Shown one piece after another: positions 29,688 through 40,100 of a DNA stretch of 64,000 nucleotides (the first letter of the stretch is position 1; every line of letters starts with the position of its first letter). Source of the stretch: an uncultured delta proteobacterium (lineage in GTDB: Bacteria; Desulfobacterota; Binatia; UBA9968); assembly GCA_963745835.1 (NCBI GenBank), contig CAVUZH010000013.1:416001-480000 (forward strand), given 5' to 3'. The notes under the pieces were generated by a model. That model was given only the letters and a program-made list of their open reading frames with translations. It searched no databases and was not told the DNA's origin. Position numbers and translations under genes: made by a program.

Positions 29688-30677
29688 ATGAGAGCAGTCC
29701 GTGTACATGAGCTTGGCGGCCCGGACGTGCTCCGCTACGAGGAAGTTCCGGCGCCACAACCGAGAGCCGGCGAGGTTTTGGTCAGAGTCGCTGCCGCGGG
29801 CGTCAACTATCTCGATATCTATTATCGTTCAGGGTTTTACTGGGGCGGCCATCATGGCCGTGCGCTCCCGTATGTTCCCGGCGCTGAGGCGTCCGGCACT
29901 GTCGCCGACTTAGGCGCGAACGTTACCGAGGTCAAAGTCGGTGATCGCGTCGCCTACGGCATATCCAATGGGTATGGCTCATATGCCGAGCTGCACGCGC
30001 TGCCTGCCTGGCATCTTTACAAAATTCCGCAGTCGATTGCATTTGAAGACGCGGCAGCGATCATGCTGCAAGGCATGACGGCTCATTATCTCACGCACAG
30101 TACTTATGCAGTAAAACCGAATGACACTGTTCTCATCCACGCCGCCGCCGGCGGCACCGGGTTGTTGTTAGTGCAACTGGCAAAGATGCGCGGCGCGCGG
30201 GTCTTTGGGACGGTCTCGACCGATGCGAAAGCGCAGCTCGCCCAAGCGGCCGGCGCCGATTGGACGATCAACTACGCGGAACAGGATTTCGCCGCCGAAA
30301 TTAGAAAATTCACCAACGGCAAAGGCGTTAATGTCGTCTATGATTCAGTTGGCCAGGCGACATTTGAAAAAAGCCTGGACTGCCTCGCCCCATTGGGCAG
30401 TCTGATCATTTTCGGTCAAGCCAGCGGCCCGGTGCCGCCCTTCGATACTTCGATTCTAAACGCTAAGGGATCGCTGACGTTAGCCCGTCCGAGCCTGACA
30501 CACAACGTCGCCAGCCATGCCGACGTGCTTTGGCGCGCCGGCGATCTATTTAACTGGCTTGCGCAAGGAAAGCTTAAAGTTACGATTGGAGAAATCTACC
30601 GGCTTTCCCAAGCCGCGGGCGCGCACCGGCAGTTGGAGTCACGAAAATCAACCGGCAAGATTCTCCTGGTCCCTTAG
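29688..30677 (+). CDS. NADPH:quinone oxidoreductase (MDR/zeta-crystallin family)
   Basis: GVNYLD, GAEASG, LQGMTAHYL, HAAAGGTG, VYDSVG, GKILL. Confidence 0.9.
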   Translation: MRAVRVHELGGPDVLRYEEVPAPQPRAGEVLVRVAAAGVNYLDIYYRSGFYWGGHHGRALPYVPGAEASGTVADLGANVTEVKVGDRVAYGISNGYGSYAELHALPAWHLYKIPQSIAFEDAAAIMLQGMTAHYLTHSTYAVKPNDTVLIHAAAGGTGLLLVQLAKMRGARVFGTVSTDAKAQLAQAAGADWTINYAEQDFAAEIRKFTNGKGVNVVYDSVGQATFEKSLDCLAPLGSLIIFGQASGPVPPFDTSILNAKGSLTLARPSLTHNVASHADVLWRAGDLFNWLAQGKLKVTIGEIYRLSQAAGAHRQLESRKSTGKILLVP

Positions 30678-30683
30678 AAAATC

Positions 30684-31403
30684 ATGTACGGCTGGCGCGC
30701 AAAGCTCGGACGCATCTCCCCTTCTCCTGAAACCGTGGGCGCTGAGGAATGGCGCCGCTCCATGCCCGAAGGCGTCTGCCTCGTCGAAACGCGCACACTC
30801 CTTCACGACGTCACCGTGGACGGCCTCAACGAAGCCGCTAAGCAGGTTGAACGCGCAGCCTTGGAGTTGGCTTCCGCCGAAGTCGACGTGATCTTACAGG
30901 CCGGTACCGCCATCGCGTTCTTCCGCGGCTTTGGGCACGATCATGAATTAAGGCGCCGCATCCATGCTGTCACCGGCATCCAAGCGACCACATCGCTCAC
31001 CGCCGTGGTCGAGGCGCTCCGGGCACTAAAAATTCAGCGCCCCGCAATTGCAACCTCGTACCTGGCCGACATCGATGCGCGACTGGCCGAAGTCTTGGAA
31101 AAGTCCGGCTTCGAAGTGGCGGCGATTCGCGGAATGGGCCTTAAGAAGAGTATCGACATGGGCAAAGTGACACCCGAGGAAACCTACCGCCTGGCGCGAG
31201 AGGTCGTTCGTTCAGCGCCGAAGGCCGATGGGATTCTGATTTCGTGCGGTAATCTCCGGAGCTTTGAAGCCATCGGACCTCTCGAAACCGATACGGGCTT
31301 GCCGGTGATAACGAGTAATCAAGCAGGCCTGTGGCAAGCGCTGCGGATGGCGGGAATACAGGACCATTTAACCTCTCTGGGCCGGCTTCTTAGCGACCAC
31401 TAA
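30684..31403 (+). CDS. Asp/Glu racemase-superfamily protein, arylmalonate decarboxylase-like
   Basis: ILQAGT…FFRG (Gly at first catalytic position), ATSY, DGILISCGNL, PVITSN, GRLL. Confidence 0.8.
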   Translation: MYGWRAKLGRISPSPETVGAEEWRRSMPEGVCLVETRTLLHDVTVDGLNEAAKQVERAALELASAEVDVILQAGTAIAFFRGFGHDHELRRRIHAVTGIQATTSLTAVVEALRALKIQRPAIATSYLADIDARLAEVLEKSGFEVAAIRGMGLKKSIDMGKVTPEETYRLAREVVRSAPKADGILISCGNLRSFEAIGPLETDTGLPVITSNQAGLWQALRMAGIQDHLTSLGRLLSDH

Positions 31404-31486
31404 CAAGTATTTTATAAAATCGACAAACCCTTAGCAGTAAAAAGAGCTTCGTTCTTGAGGAGGTTTCTACAGTCCTCTGGTGCTCC

Positions 31487-31614
31487 TCCAGACTGATCAA
31501 AAAGGTCCAAATGCGAGGCGCGCGAAGATCGACGAGCGAAGACGTACGGCTAAGTACGTTGCAGCGAGGCGGGCGAGTGCAACGAAGCAGACGGGCCTTT
31601 TTCATCAGTCTGGA
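31487..31614. repeat. MITE-like repeat, copy 2
   Basis: Inverted ends TCCAGACTGATCAAAAAGG / CCTTTTTCATCAGTCTGGA, shared internal blocks. Confidence 0.78.
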
Positions 31615-31617
31615 CGT

Positions 31618-32703
31618 TCAGGAGTGCTCGTCCTGGGAAAACCACTCCGTTGGCAACTCTCTTCCCAAGCCCTTCTCTCGCGCAAGCTCGTACACTCTCG
31701 CCCCTGCGGCCGAGAACTGAAGCCCAAGTCCCAAATGATTGAGCATGCAAGTTACGTCCGAGTCTTTATCCCGGCCTTTGACTTTACCGGCAATTATTTC
31801 TGAAAGCTCCGGTTTATCACGCCAGTCCGCGGCGGTTTTTTCTAGCTCTGCGCGACCGTAATCGCCCTTGCCAAATTCCGGAATCGCGCTCTCCTGCCCG
31901 GGTAAGGTGAAGAGTTGTGCAGCTTGGCGCGTCGAAACAGCGATAAGATCGCAACCCAACAGAGCTTCAAGCGTCATCTCGCTGGGCCGTACCGTGGTGA
32001 TATGCATTCCTGCGCGGAGCCAAGATGCGGGAAAAAAAGGGTCCAGAGCATTGGTCGTAAGAGCCACGACATCAGCGTGTTTAGCCGCATCTTCGGGTGA
32101 CGAAACGGCGATAATATCGGCAGCAATGATGCGCCGCATCTCAGCAGCAAAATTTTCACGGTTGGCTGGCGTTGGGCTATAAATCCTAATTTCGCGGAGC
32201 GGCAAAACCTTGCACATTGCGAGCACTGCCGGACGCGCTTGCCAACCAGAGCCATAAACCCCCAGGACCGAGCAATCGGACCGGGCCATGTATTTCGCGG
32301 AAAGCGCGTTGGTAACCCCGACCCGAATCGCCTGGATAAATCCGTCGGGAAAGATGGCCAGAAGCTCTCCCGTCGACGTGCTAAAGACAAACACGAGACC
32401 GACATACTTCCGGCCCATCGCCAAAGGAATCTTTACGCGGCGCTGCCGATCTCCAACAACCGGCCAGGTGAGAATATCGGAGGTAAGCCGCATCGTCGTC
32501 ACACCGGATTGCGGCAAGGAAGCGCAGGATGTTTTCAAGCCGTGGTAACTACCGTCTAGCGGCCCCGGGACCAATAGATCTTGGCGCGGCATGTTCACCG
32601 CATTGCCATTACCGAGATCGCGTAGCGCCGGCTCCAAGACTTTAAAGCATTCCTCGAGCGTAAACAGCTGCTCGATCTCGTCATTACTGAGAATGAGAGT
32701 CAT
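31618..32703 (-). CDS. ornithine cyclodeaminase/mu-crystallin family protein
   Basis: MTLILS, TGELLA, RVGVT, YGSGWQA, C-terminal GLGLQ…YELA…GLG. Confidence 0.88.
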   Translation of the reverse strand: MTLILSNDEIEQLFTLEECFKVLEPALRDLGNGNAVNMPRQDLLVPGPLDGSYHGLKTSCASLPQSGVTTMRLTSDILTWPVVGDRQRRVKIPLAMGRKYVGLVFVFSTSTGELLAIFPDGFIQAIRVGVTNALSAKYMARSDCSVLGVYGSGWQARPAVLAMCKVLPLREIRIYSPTPANRENFAAEMRRIIAADIIAVSSPEDAAKHADVVALTTNALDPFFPASWLRAGMHITTVRPSEMTLEALLGCDLIAVSTRQAAQLFTLPGQESAIPEFGKGDYGRAELEKTAADWRDKPELSEIIAGKVKGRDKDSDVTCMLNHLGLGLQFSAAGARVYELAREKGLGRELPTEWFSQDEHS

Positions 32704-32717
32704 CTCTGTAAATCGTT

Positions 32718-33926
32718 TTAGGGATCAACGACAGGCGCGGGCCTGAGCAGAACAAGGGTGAGGACAGAAGCCGAAAATGGGAAGAATGCGATAAAAATCA
32801 ACGCCGCAGGCAGGCCATAAGCATCGGCGACGATCCCGGCGAGAATCGGTGCGAGAAACGATACCCCCATATTCGCGCCATAGATAAAAGCGATGATACT
32901 GCCGGTCAGATTTTGCGGTGCGGCTTCCATTGCCGCCGATACTATTACCGGTCGCAAAGCCCAGAGGAGCGCTCCGAGAGCCGCAAGACCGCATCCTAAG
33001 ACAAACCCCGATGCGAGATACGGAATTGCGGTGATGGCGACTACGCTCAGCATCGAAAAAATAACGATCAAAAGCTTATGGCCGAAACGATCCGAAAGCC
33101 AACCGACCAATGCCGGCGCCGCACCAGCGAAAAGAAATAGGATAGACATATAGGCGCCGGCTGCTGCGGCCGTGAGCTTTAAGTGCAACAACAAATAGAG
33201 CGGCAAAAACACCGACAGCGCGGTTTGGCCCATGGCGCGTAGAGTCGAGACAGCTACGAGGGCGAATACGGTTTTGTTCTTGACCACATCTTCCCACAAC
33301 GCCCGACGGTAGTCGCGGCCGCGCGCCACTGTGACATCCCCTTCCGCACCGAAGAGCGCATACAGCAACCCAACCGCCAGTCCTGGAATTGCCCAAATCT
33401 GCAGTGTGGTGCGCCAATCAAAAAAATTGAGCAGCAGCCCTATGCTAAGCGGGCCAAGAACCTCTCCCAAGTTCGCGCTGCTGTCGTGAACGCCGAGCGC
33501 GAATGCCCGCTTGTCACGATAGCGGGCGGAAAGTATCGCTAAGGATTGCGGATGAAAACCGCCCCCGCCCAAGCCACCGAGCCCCATGAAGATCATCAAC
33601 AAGGGAAAACTCGACACAGCGCTCAAGCCGAAAGTCGCCATTCCGATCATGCCAATGCAAATTCCCAGCAGGAGATTGCGCCGACTCGCTAGATCGGCCA
33701 AAAAGCCCGACGGAAAGCTAGCCACTCCAGCCATCAAGGTGCGGGCTGAAGCCAACATCCCGGCTTGGGCAAGGGTTAGCCCCAGAGAGGCAGTGATCAG
33801 CGGCAGGATGACGGCAATAACTCCGTTGAAGAGATGTTCGGTGAGATGAGCGCTCGAGTTAGCCGCCAATCGGCCCCAATGACTTAACGGATTGCTTAAT
33901 ACTTGCGCAGTTTCGGCTTTCGACAC
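32718..33926 (-). CDS. MFS transporter
   Basis: About 12 TM helices, GFLAD and GWLSDRFG motif A repeats, FHP. Confidence 0.88.
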   Translation of the reverse strand: MSKAETAQVLSNPLSHWGRLAANSSAHLTEHLFNGVIAVILPLITASLGLTLAQAGMLASARTLMAGVASFPSGFLADLASRRNLLLGICIGMIGMATFGLSAVSSFPLLMIFMGLGGLGGGGFHPQSLAILSARYRDKRAFALGVHDSSANLGEVLGPLSIGLLLNFFDWRTTLQIWAIPGLAVGLLYALFGAEGDVTVARGRDYRRALWEDVVKNKTVFALVAVSTLRAMGQTALSVFLPLYLLLHLKLTAAAAGAYMSILFLFAGAAPALVGWLSDRFGHKLLIVIFSMLSVVAITAIPYLASGFVLGCGLAALGALLWALRPVIVSAAMEAAPQNLTGSIIAFIYGANMGVSFLAPILAGIVADAYGLPAALIFIAFFPFSASVLTLVLLRPAPVVDP

Positions 33927-33994
33927 TTTTCGTCCTTTAAAGGTTTAATGCTTCCAATAAGCTGATTTTCCGCGGAGCGCAAACTCACAGTAGG

Positions 33995-34220
33995 TTAGTC
34001 GATCTCGACCAGCTTTTTTCGGGAAGATTGACCGCGAAGAACTCTCACGGATGATTTAGGGACGGAGAAATATCTCGCCAGCAGTTCGACAACCTCTCGG
34101 TTGGCCCTTTCCTGCCACAGGCGCGGCATGTACTGAGACTCGATACTCCTGCTGTGAGATTTTTACGATGTTTTCTTTCCGAGCTTGCGTTTTTACCTGA
34201 ACAGAAATCCTAAACGACAT
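33995..34220 (-). CDS. DUF167/YggU-family protein (apparent +1 frameshift at 34105-34107)
   Basis: Manual translation MSFRISVQVKTQARKE…VHAAPVAGK/ANREVVELLARYFSVPKSSVRVLRGQSSRKKLVEID*; 226 = 225+1 nt. Not in the ORF track. Confidence 0.8.
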
Positions 34221-34362
34221 GGCAGTACGATAACGTATGTGGTTTCAAAGGATCAAACCCAATGTACTGGTAGCGAAGTCAGCATTAAAAAGGCTGTGAT
34301 TGGACAACCCAAATTGGATCGGATAAGTCATAACGTTAAAAATAACGACGCGGAGGAAAAGC

Positions 34363-35424
34363 GTGACCCTGATTCTCAGCAATGATGACATTCAGAAAGC
34401 GTTGACGGTTAAGGAAAGCCTTGCCGTGATGGAAGAATCTTATCGTGAACAGTCTGCCAGCCGCGCGGTCAACCGCCCCACCTGCCACTCATATTTGCCC
34501 CACTCGCTGCCCAATTCGACTTACAGTTTTAAATCGGTGGACGGCGGCGTCGGCAAGTATGGCGTTCTGGCTTTGCGGGTTACCTCGGATATCGTCCAGG
34601 AGCAAACGATCAACAACACTGTTCGGTTGGAAAAGATTCCACTCGCCGGCAAAGGTTTGTTTCTCGGACTAGTGCAACTCTTCAGCGCGGAAACGGGCGA
34701 GCTTTTAGCAATCATGCCGGACGGCTTTATTCAGCAGACCCGTGTCGGCGTCACCAGCGCACTGGCGATGAAATTCATGGCGCGCAAAGATTCTAAAACC
34801 CTCGGATTAATCGGATCGGGCGGGCAGGCGCGCGCACATTACCGTTATATGAGCGCCATACTGCCGATTGAAAAAGTAAGAGTCTTTAGCCCCAACCCCG
34901 AACACTGCAGAACGTTCACTGAACAAATGTCCAAAGAAACCGGCATTGCCGGCGAACCGGTTAACAGCCCTGAAGAAGCCGTCAAAGGGTGCGACATCCT
35001 ATGCAGCGCGACCAATTCCTCCCGACCGGTGGTGAAAATCGAATGGCTCGCTCCCGGCATGCACTACAACTCAATTCGTGAATTCGAGACAGACATTGGC
35101 GCTTTGGAAAAATGCGACGTGGTGGCCATCCACACACAATTCGGCGGCATTTATCATTACCAACCGCCCGGCATCGTCGAGGATATGCCGGGTGTGCGCC
35201 GTGAAAAGCCGCGCGATTGGTCCCGCTACCCGGAAATTTGCGACATCGTCGCAGGGAAAGTCATTGGCAGAAACAACGACCAGCAGATCACATTCTTTTT
35301 AAATAACGTCGGCACCGGCGTTCAATTTGCCGCCATGGGCTACTGCGCATATAAGGCGGCAAAGGAGCAAGGCTTAGGTCATGAAATCCCCTCGGAGTGG
35401 TTCCTCCAAGACATCAAACCCTAG
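34363..35424 (+). CDS. ornithine cyclodeaminase/mu-crystallin family protein
   Basis: Paralog of 31618..32703; TGELLA, RVGVTS, IGSGGQA. Confidence 0.88.
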   Translation: MTLILSNDDIQKALTVKESLAVMEESYREQSASRAVNRPTCHSYLPHSLPNSTYSFKSVDGGVGKYGVLALRVTSDIVQEQTINNTVRLEKIPLAGKGLFLGLVQLFSAETGELLAIMPDGFIQQTRVGVTSALAMKFMARKDSKTLGLIGSGGQARAHYRYMSAILPIEKVRVFSPNPEHCRTFTEQMSKETGIAGEPVNSPEEAVKGCDILCSATNSSRPVVKIEWLAPGMHYNSIREFETDIGALEKCDVVAIHTQFGGIYHYQPPGIVEDMPGVRREKPRDWSRYPEICDIVAGKVIGRNNDQQITFFLNNVGTGVQFAAMGYCAYKAAKEQGLGHEIPSEWFLQDIKP

Positions 35425-35478
35425 AGATTAACCAGCGTTCAGCACACGCTTAAGCATATGGCTTGCCGTTTAACAATG

Positions 35479-36786
35479 TTATTCCTGCGATCGGCCAATC
35501 AAGGGACGAATGCCGACGACACTGAAGAGAAGTTCCCTGGTGGAAGCCTTCTGCGTCGGTCTAACCTCGCGAAAGGAACGCGCGAGCAGCAGATAAAAAC
35601 CTAGCCTGCAGAAGCACGAAAGAGCAAATAGGCTGAGCAAGCCGTAACCTAGCAGTGGCGGCAGCTGGGAGCCAAGAAAACCGCCGAGAGCGGAGCCAAA
35701 AAAAAGCGCGGCGCCATTGATAACGTTGAAGTACGCAATGCAACGGACGCGTTTTTGTGGCGTCACGGCGTCGTAGATAAAGTTGGCGGCGCTTAGTGTA
35801 ACCCCGCTCCAGGCAAACCCACCCCAGATTTGAACCAGCATCAGATACGCAGGGTCGTGGGAAATGAGCCAAAAGGCGGGAATGAGCGCGGCGAGGAACG
35901 AACTCAGCCGCAGCACTCGGACGTTACCGACGAGGTCCGCATGCCTTCCCCAGAGCGGCAGCGCAACCAGCGAAGCAAATGAGGAACAGACCTGGAGACC
36001 CATATAGGTCAAGTAACTAAATTGCAGATCGCGCAGCATGAAGACGGCGAAAAACGGCGCCGATAAGTAAGTCGCAAACGTCAGGCAGGCGCTGAAGACC
36101 ACGAATTTCAAAAAGTTGCTTTGCCTGAATCGAGCGATGAACATCAAGAACGTAAAATCGCTTGCGGGATCGCTTCTATGCGGCGGCTCATCCATGCGGC
36201 TAATGAAATAACCTGACGCGAAGCGGGCCAGTGCTGCCGAACCGAACAAGAGGCAAAACCCGGCGTTGTAAGATATTTCACCGAATGAATATAGGACCAG
36301 GCCCGATATGATGATGCTGGCTAAGGTCACTGCGCCAACCGTCCGATTGCGCCAGCCAAAGTATCGGCCTCTTTTACTCGAGGGAATGTAATCGGTGATT
36401 AAGCTACCCCACGCCGGCCCGGCCAAGCCGCCGCATACCGCGATCAGGATCAGTAGAGCGGTCAATAACTCCACACGTTGCCCGGTGTCGAGCCAGGGTA
36501 AAATGGCGATGCCAAGGATCAACGAAGCTTGACATAATACTAAACGCACCAGCAATTTAAGCCTGCCGCCAATCCAATGAATTACGCGGACTGCAAGGAA
36601 CTGCGAGACGGATGCGAGCAGATGAGGCAGCGCGCTGATCAAGCCCACCTGTTGAACCGTGGCGCCTAAGAAAAGCGCCAGAGGGGTTGCGTAATGTTCG
36701 GTGACGCCAGCCATGAAGGCGGCAAAGATCCCGTCCTTAAATGACGATCGGAGGCTCTCTCTAACGTCGACCCTTTTTCGTCTCAT
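35479..36786 (-). CDS. MFS transporter
   Basis: About 12 TM helices, RGRYFG, WGRHADLVG. Confidence 0.85.
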   Translation of the reverse strand: MRRKRVDVRESLRSSFKDGIFAAFMAGVTEHYATPLALFLGATVQQVGLISALPHLLASVSQFLAVRVIHWIGGRLKLLVRLVLCQASLILGIAILPWLDTGQRVELLTALLILIAVCGGLAGPAWGSLITDYIPSSKRGRYFGWRNRTVGAVTLASIIISGLVLYSFGEISYNAGFCLLFGSAALARFASGYFISRMDEPPHRSDPASDFTFLMFIARFRQSNFLKFVVFSACLTFATYLSAPFFAVFMLRDLQFSYLTYMGLQVCSSFASLVALPLWGRHADLVGNVRVLRLSSFLAALIPAFWLISHDPAYLMLVQIWGGFAWSGVTLSAANFIYDAVTPQKRVRCIAYFNVINGAALFFGSALGGFLGSQLPPLLGYGLLSLFALSCFCRLGFYLLLARSFREVRPTQKASTRELLFSVVGIRPLIGRSQE

Positions 36787-37113
36787 TTTGGGTAGAAAAA
36801 GGATGAGGTATTTTCGGAGAAATTGCCAGCTAGGAATGCGCGCCAGGTTATTTACAACTTCTGGAAACTGGATTTAAAATACGCTGTCGCGGGGATTCAG
36901 CTTGCTTTCAAACAGCCCGAAAATAGAAGAGCTAACTATGGCACGGAACGTTATCATCAACCAAGGACGAGCAGCCCAAGATAGTTCAAAGATCACCAGT
37001 CATGCTTCCGTCCCACTTAATGCGAGCCAACGCGGCCGCTGTTCGTGCAGCGGTGGATAATGTTACAGATTGCGAGCGGCACCTAAGCGAATGATCAGCA
37101 AGCGTCGGCCATT

Positions 37114-40100
37114 ATGAAGATTCGTTCGCACCTCCTGTTTCTTGTACTTGGCACCCTCCTTCCAATCCTGGCCTTTTCGGCCGCGATGACCGCGGTCTTT
37201 TGGCGTGAACAACGTCAAGCTCTCGAGCAGCGCTTTGTCGACCGCGTGCGAGGAATGACCATCGCGCTGGATCGAGAGATCGATGGCAACACTCGTTCGC
37301 TCCAGATGCTGGCCGAATCACCACATCTCCAATCCAATGATCTACTTAGCTTCCACGAACAGATCATGCGCGCTCGCTCGACGCAGAGTACTTGGGCAAA
37401 TATTATCTTGAGTGATCCGGTCTCGGGTAAGCAAGTGATCAATGTTCGATATCCCTTCGGCAAACCGCTGCCGGAAACCTTGATAGACAAAAGCACACTT
37501 GCGTCAGTGGTAAAATCAGGGCGTCCATTTGTAGCGCCTATTTCGCAGGTACGCGTAGGTGGAAACTACATGACAACAATTGTAGTTCCAGCCAAAACAG
37601 GCAGCGGGCGCCCCTATACACTGATGGCCGTCATTGATCCGTCGAGCTGGTTACATTTTTTGTCCAACTACCCAGTTGCCACCGATGCAACACTGACTTT
37701 ACTGGACCAAAACGGCATCATCATCGCGCGCACGCTAAATTCTGAACGATGGATCGGTCAACTTCCCGCAGAGGGGCTGACGGTCGAAGCGCGCAAGGCG
37801 CCTGAAGGCTCATCGATAACTCAAGGATTAGAGGGACAATGGTTCTATACGGCGCATAGCCGCTCGAAGCTCGCAGGGTGGACCTTGGCTTCAGGCGTTC
37901 CCAAGGAAGGCGTTGAAGCCGCACTGCGTCAATCGGTGCTGCTGATGGTTGCCGGAGTCGCGGCAACTGCGATCTTAGCGATCACGCTTGCTGGCGTCTT
38001 CGGCAGACGAATCGCTCGGCCTATTTCTGAGCTGGCGCACTCCGCTCAGGCTCTGGCCACCGGCGAGCGCGTGAATGCTCATGGAGCCACCGAAGTTGCG
38101 GAGGTCGACGACGTTCGGGCTGCGTTCTCCTCGGCTGCGGACCGGTTGCGGGCTAAAGATTCAGCGCTACGGGACAGCGAGGAGCGTTTTCGCAGCATGG
38201 CCGATACAGCGCCCGTGCTACTCTGGTTATCGGATGTCGATCAACAATGCACATATATCAATAAGCCCTGGCTCCATTTCACTGGTCGCACACTTGAACA
38301 AGAGCTGGGCGCGGGCTGGATGGAGAGCATTTACCCTGAAGATCGCCCGCGGTGTCTTGAAACGTATCGCACATCCTTTCATCGCCGCGAGCGCCTCGAA
38401 ATGGAATACCGACTGCGACGCTCCGACGGTGAGTACCGCTGGGTCTTGAATCGTGGTGCACCGCGAGTGACCGACAATGGCGAGTTCATCGGTTATGTCG
38501 GCTCCTGCGTCGACATTACCGAACGTAAACGAGTTGAGGAATCTCTGCGTGAAAGCGAGGCGCGCCTGCGGCTCGCGATGCGAACCGGCAAAGTCGGTGT
38601 CTGGGATTGGGACATTTTGGCCAACCGAGTGGTGTGGACCGAATCTCTCTATGCGATTCACGGCGTGAAACCCGATGAGTTCGTTACCACCATCGAAGCT
38701 TTTGCCACGCTGCTCCACCCTGAGGACCGTGATCCGGTTTTGCACAGCCTTCAACGCGCTCTGGAGCACGATGCGCCCTATGAGCTCGAGTTTCGCGCGA
38801 TTCGACCGGATGGGCAGATCATATGGCTATTTACCAACGCGATGATATTGCGAAACGGCGGCGAACCGTTCCGTATGCTCGGCGCCACCATGGATATCAC
38901 GCAGCGCAAATTGGCCGAAGAGACAGTGCTCAGGCTACTTCATATCAGCGAACGGCTTAACTCCACGCTCAATGTCGACACGCTGCTCGATGTTTTGGTC
39001 GGCGAGGCGATCCGGATTGTCGACGGCGAGAGCGGCGTTTCCGGCCTTTATACCCCGCAGGGAATGGTTTGCCGCAAGTATTTACACAAAGGCAAACCGG
39101 TCCCATTCGATTATTGCTGGCGCCCAGCAGAAGGATTGCCGGGGCACATCATCAACGAGAAACTGCCCTACCTGACCAATGAGGCCAATGCCGACCCAAG
39201 GACCGCTCAAGAGTTCTACGCTCGGTTTGAAGTCCGCAATGCCCTATCGATACCGATCCTGAATTTTCAGCGCGAGCTCATCGGCTTCTTCGAGATCCAT
39301 AACAAAAACAGCGCCGGCGGATTTACGGATCTGGACAAACGCACCCTGGTGGCGATCTCGGAGGCTGCTGCCACAGCGATCCAGAACAGCTTGGCTTACC
39401 GCAGAGTGCAGGAAGCCGAGGAATCTTTGCGTGACGTCGATCGGCGTAAGGATGAGTACTTGGCGATGCTGGGGCATGAGCTACGTAACCCGCTTGGAGT
39501 CATAAGCATAAGCGCACAGTTATTGCGCGGGCAAGAGCCGTCCTCGCCCGAACTGGCCGAGCTCCGCGATATTGTGGACCGTCAGGTGGAACATATGACC
39601 CGGCTGCTTGATGATTTACTTGACGTATCACGAATCTCTCGCGGTCAAATGAAACTCAACCAAACTTTGTGTGATTTTTCCTCACTTGTCCGGCAAACCA
39701 TGCAGGATTATCGCTCCAAGCTTGAGACCAACAACCTGCATGTCAAGATGGATATACCTGACCGGCCAATGTGGGTCATGGGAGATCGGACCAGGCTGGC
39801 GCAAACCATCAGCAATATCCTGCATAACGCGGATAAATTCACCGGCGCCGGCGGAACAATAACCGTTGCGCTCGAGGAGGAAGCTGCCGCCAAACAGGTC
39901 ATCCTCACGGTGCATGACACGGGCATCGGCATGGAACCAAAACTCCTGGCGCGCGTTTTTGAGCCATTCATTCAGGGCGATCACGGTATCGATCGGCGAC
40001 CCGGTGGACTTGGACTGGGATTGCCGCTGGTCAAGGGAATGATCGAGTTGCACGGCGGCCAGGTGCGCGCATCAAGCGCTGGGCCGGGACACGGATTCCA

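Noticed and set aside
11671-34107. Programmed ribosomal frameshifting or phase variation
   Set aside because: Runs are only 2-4 nt with no slippery heptamer, and the same error type hits unrelated genes; sequencing artefact is more parsimonious.
36938-36955. sigma54-like TGGCACG upstream of the hybrid kinase (and TGGCATG near 8810)
   Set aside because: The -12 TTGC element is absent at the required spacing in both.
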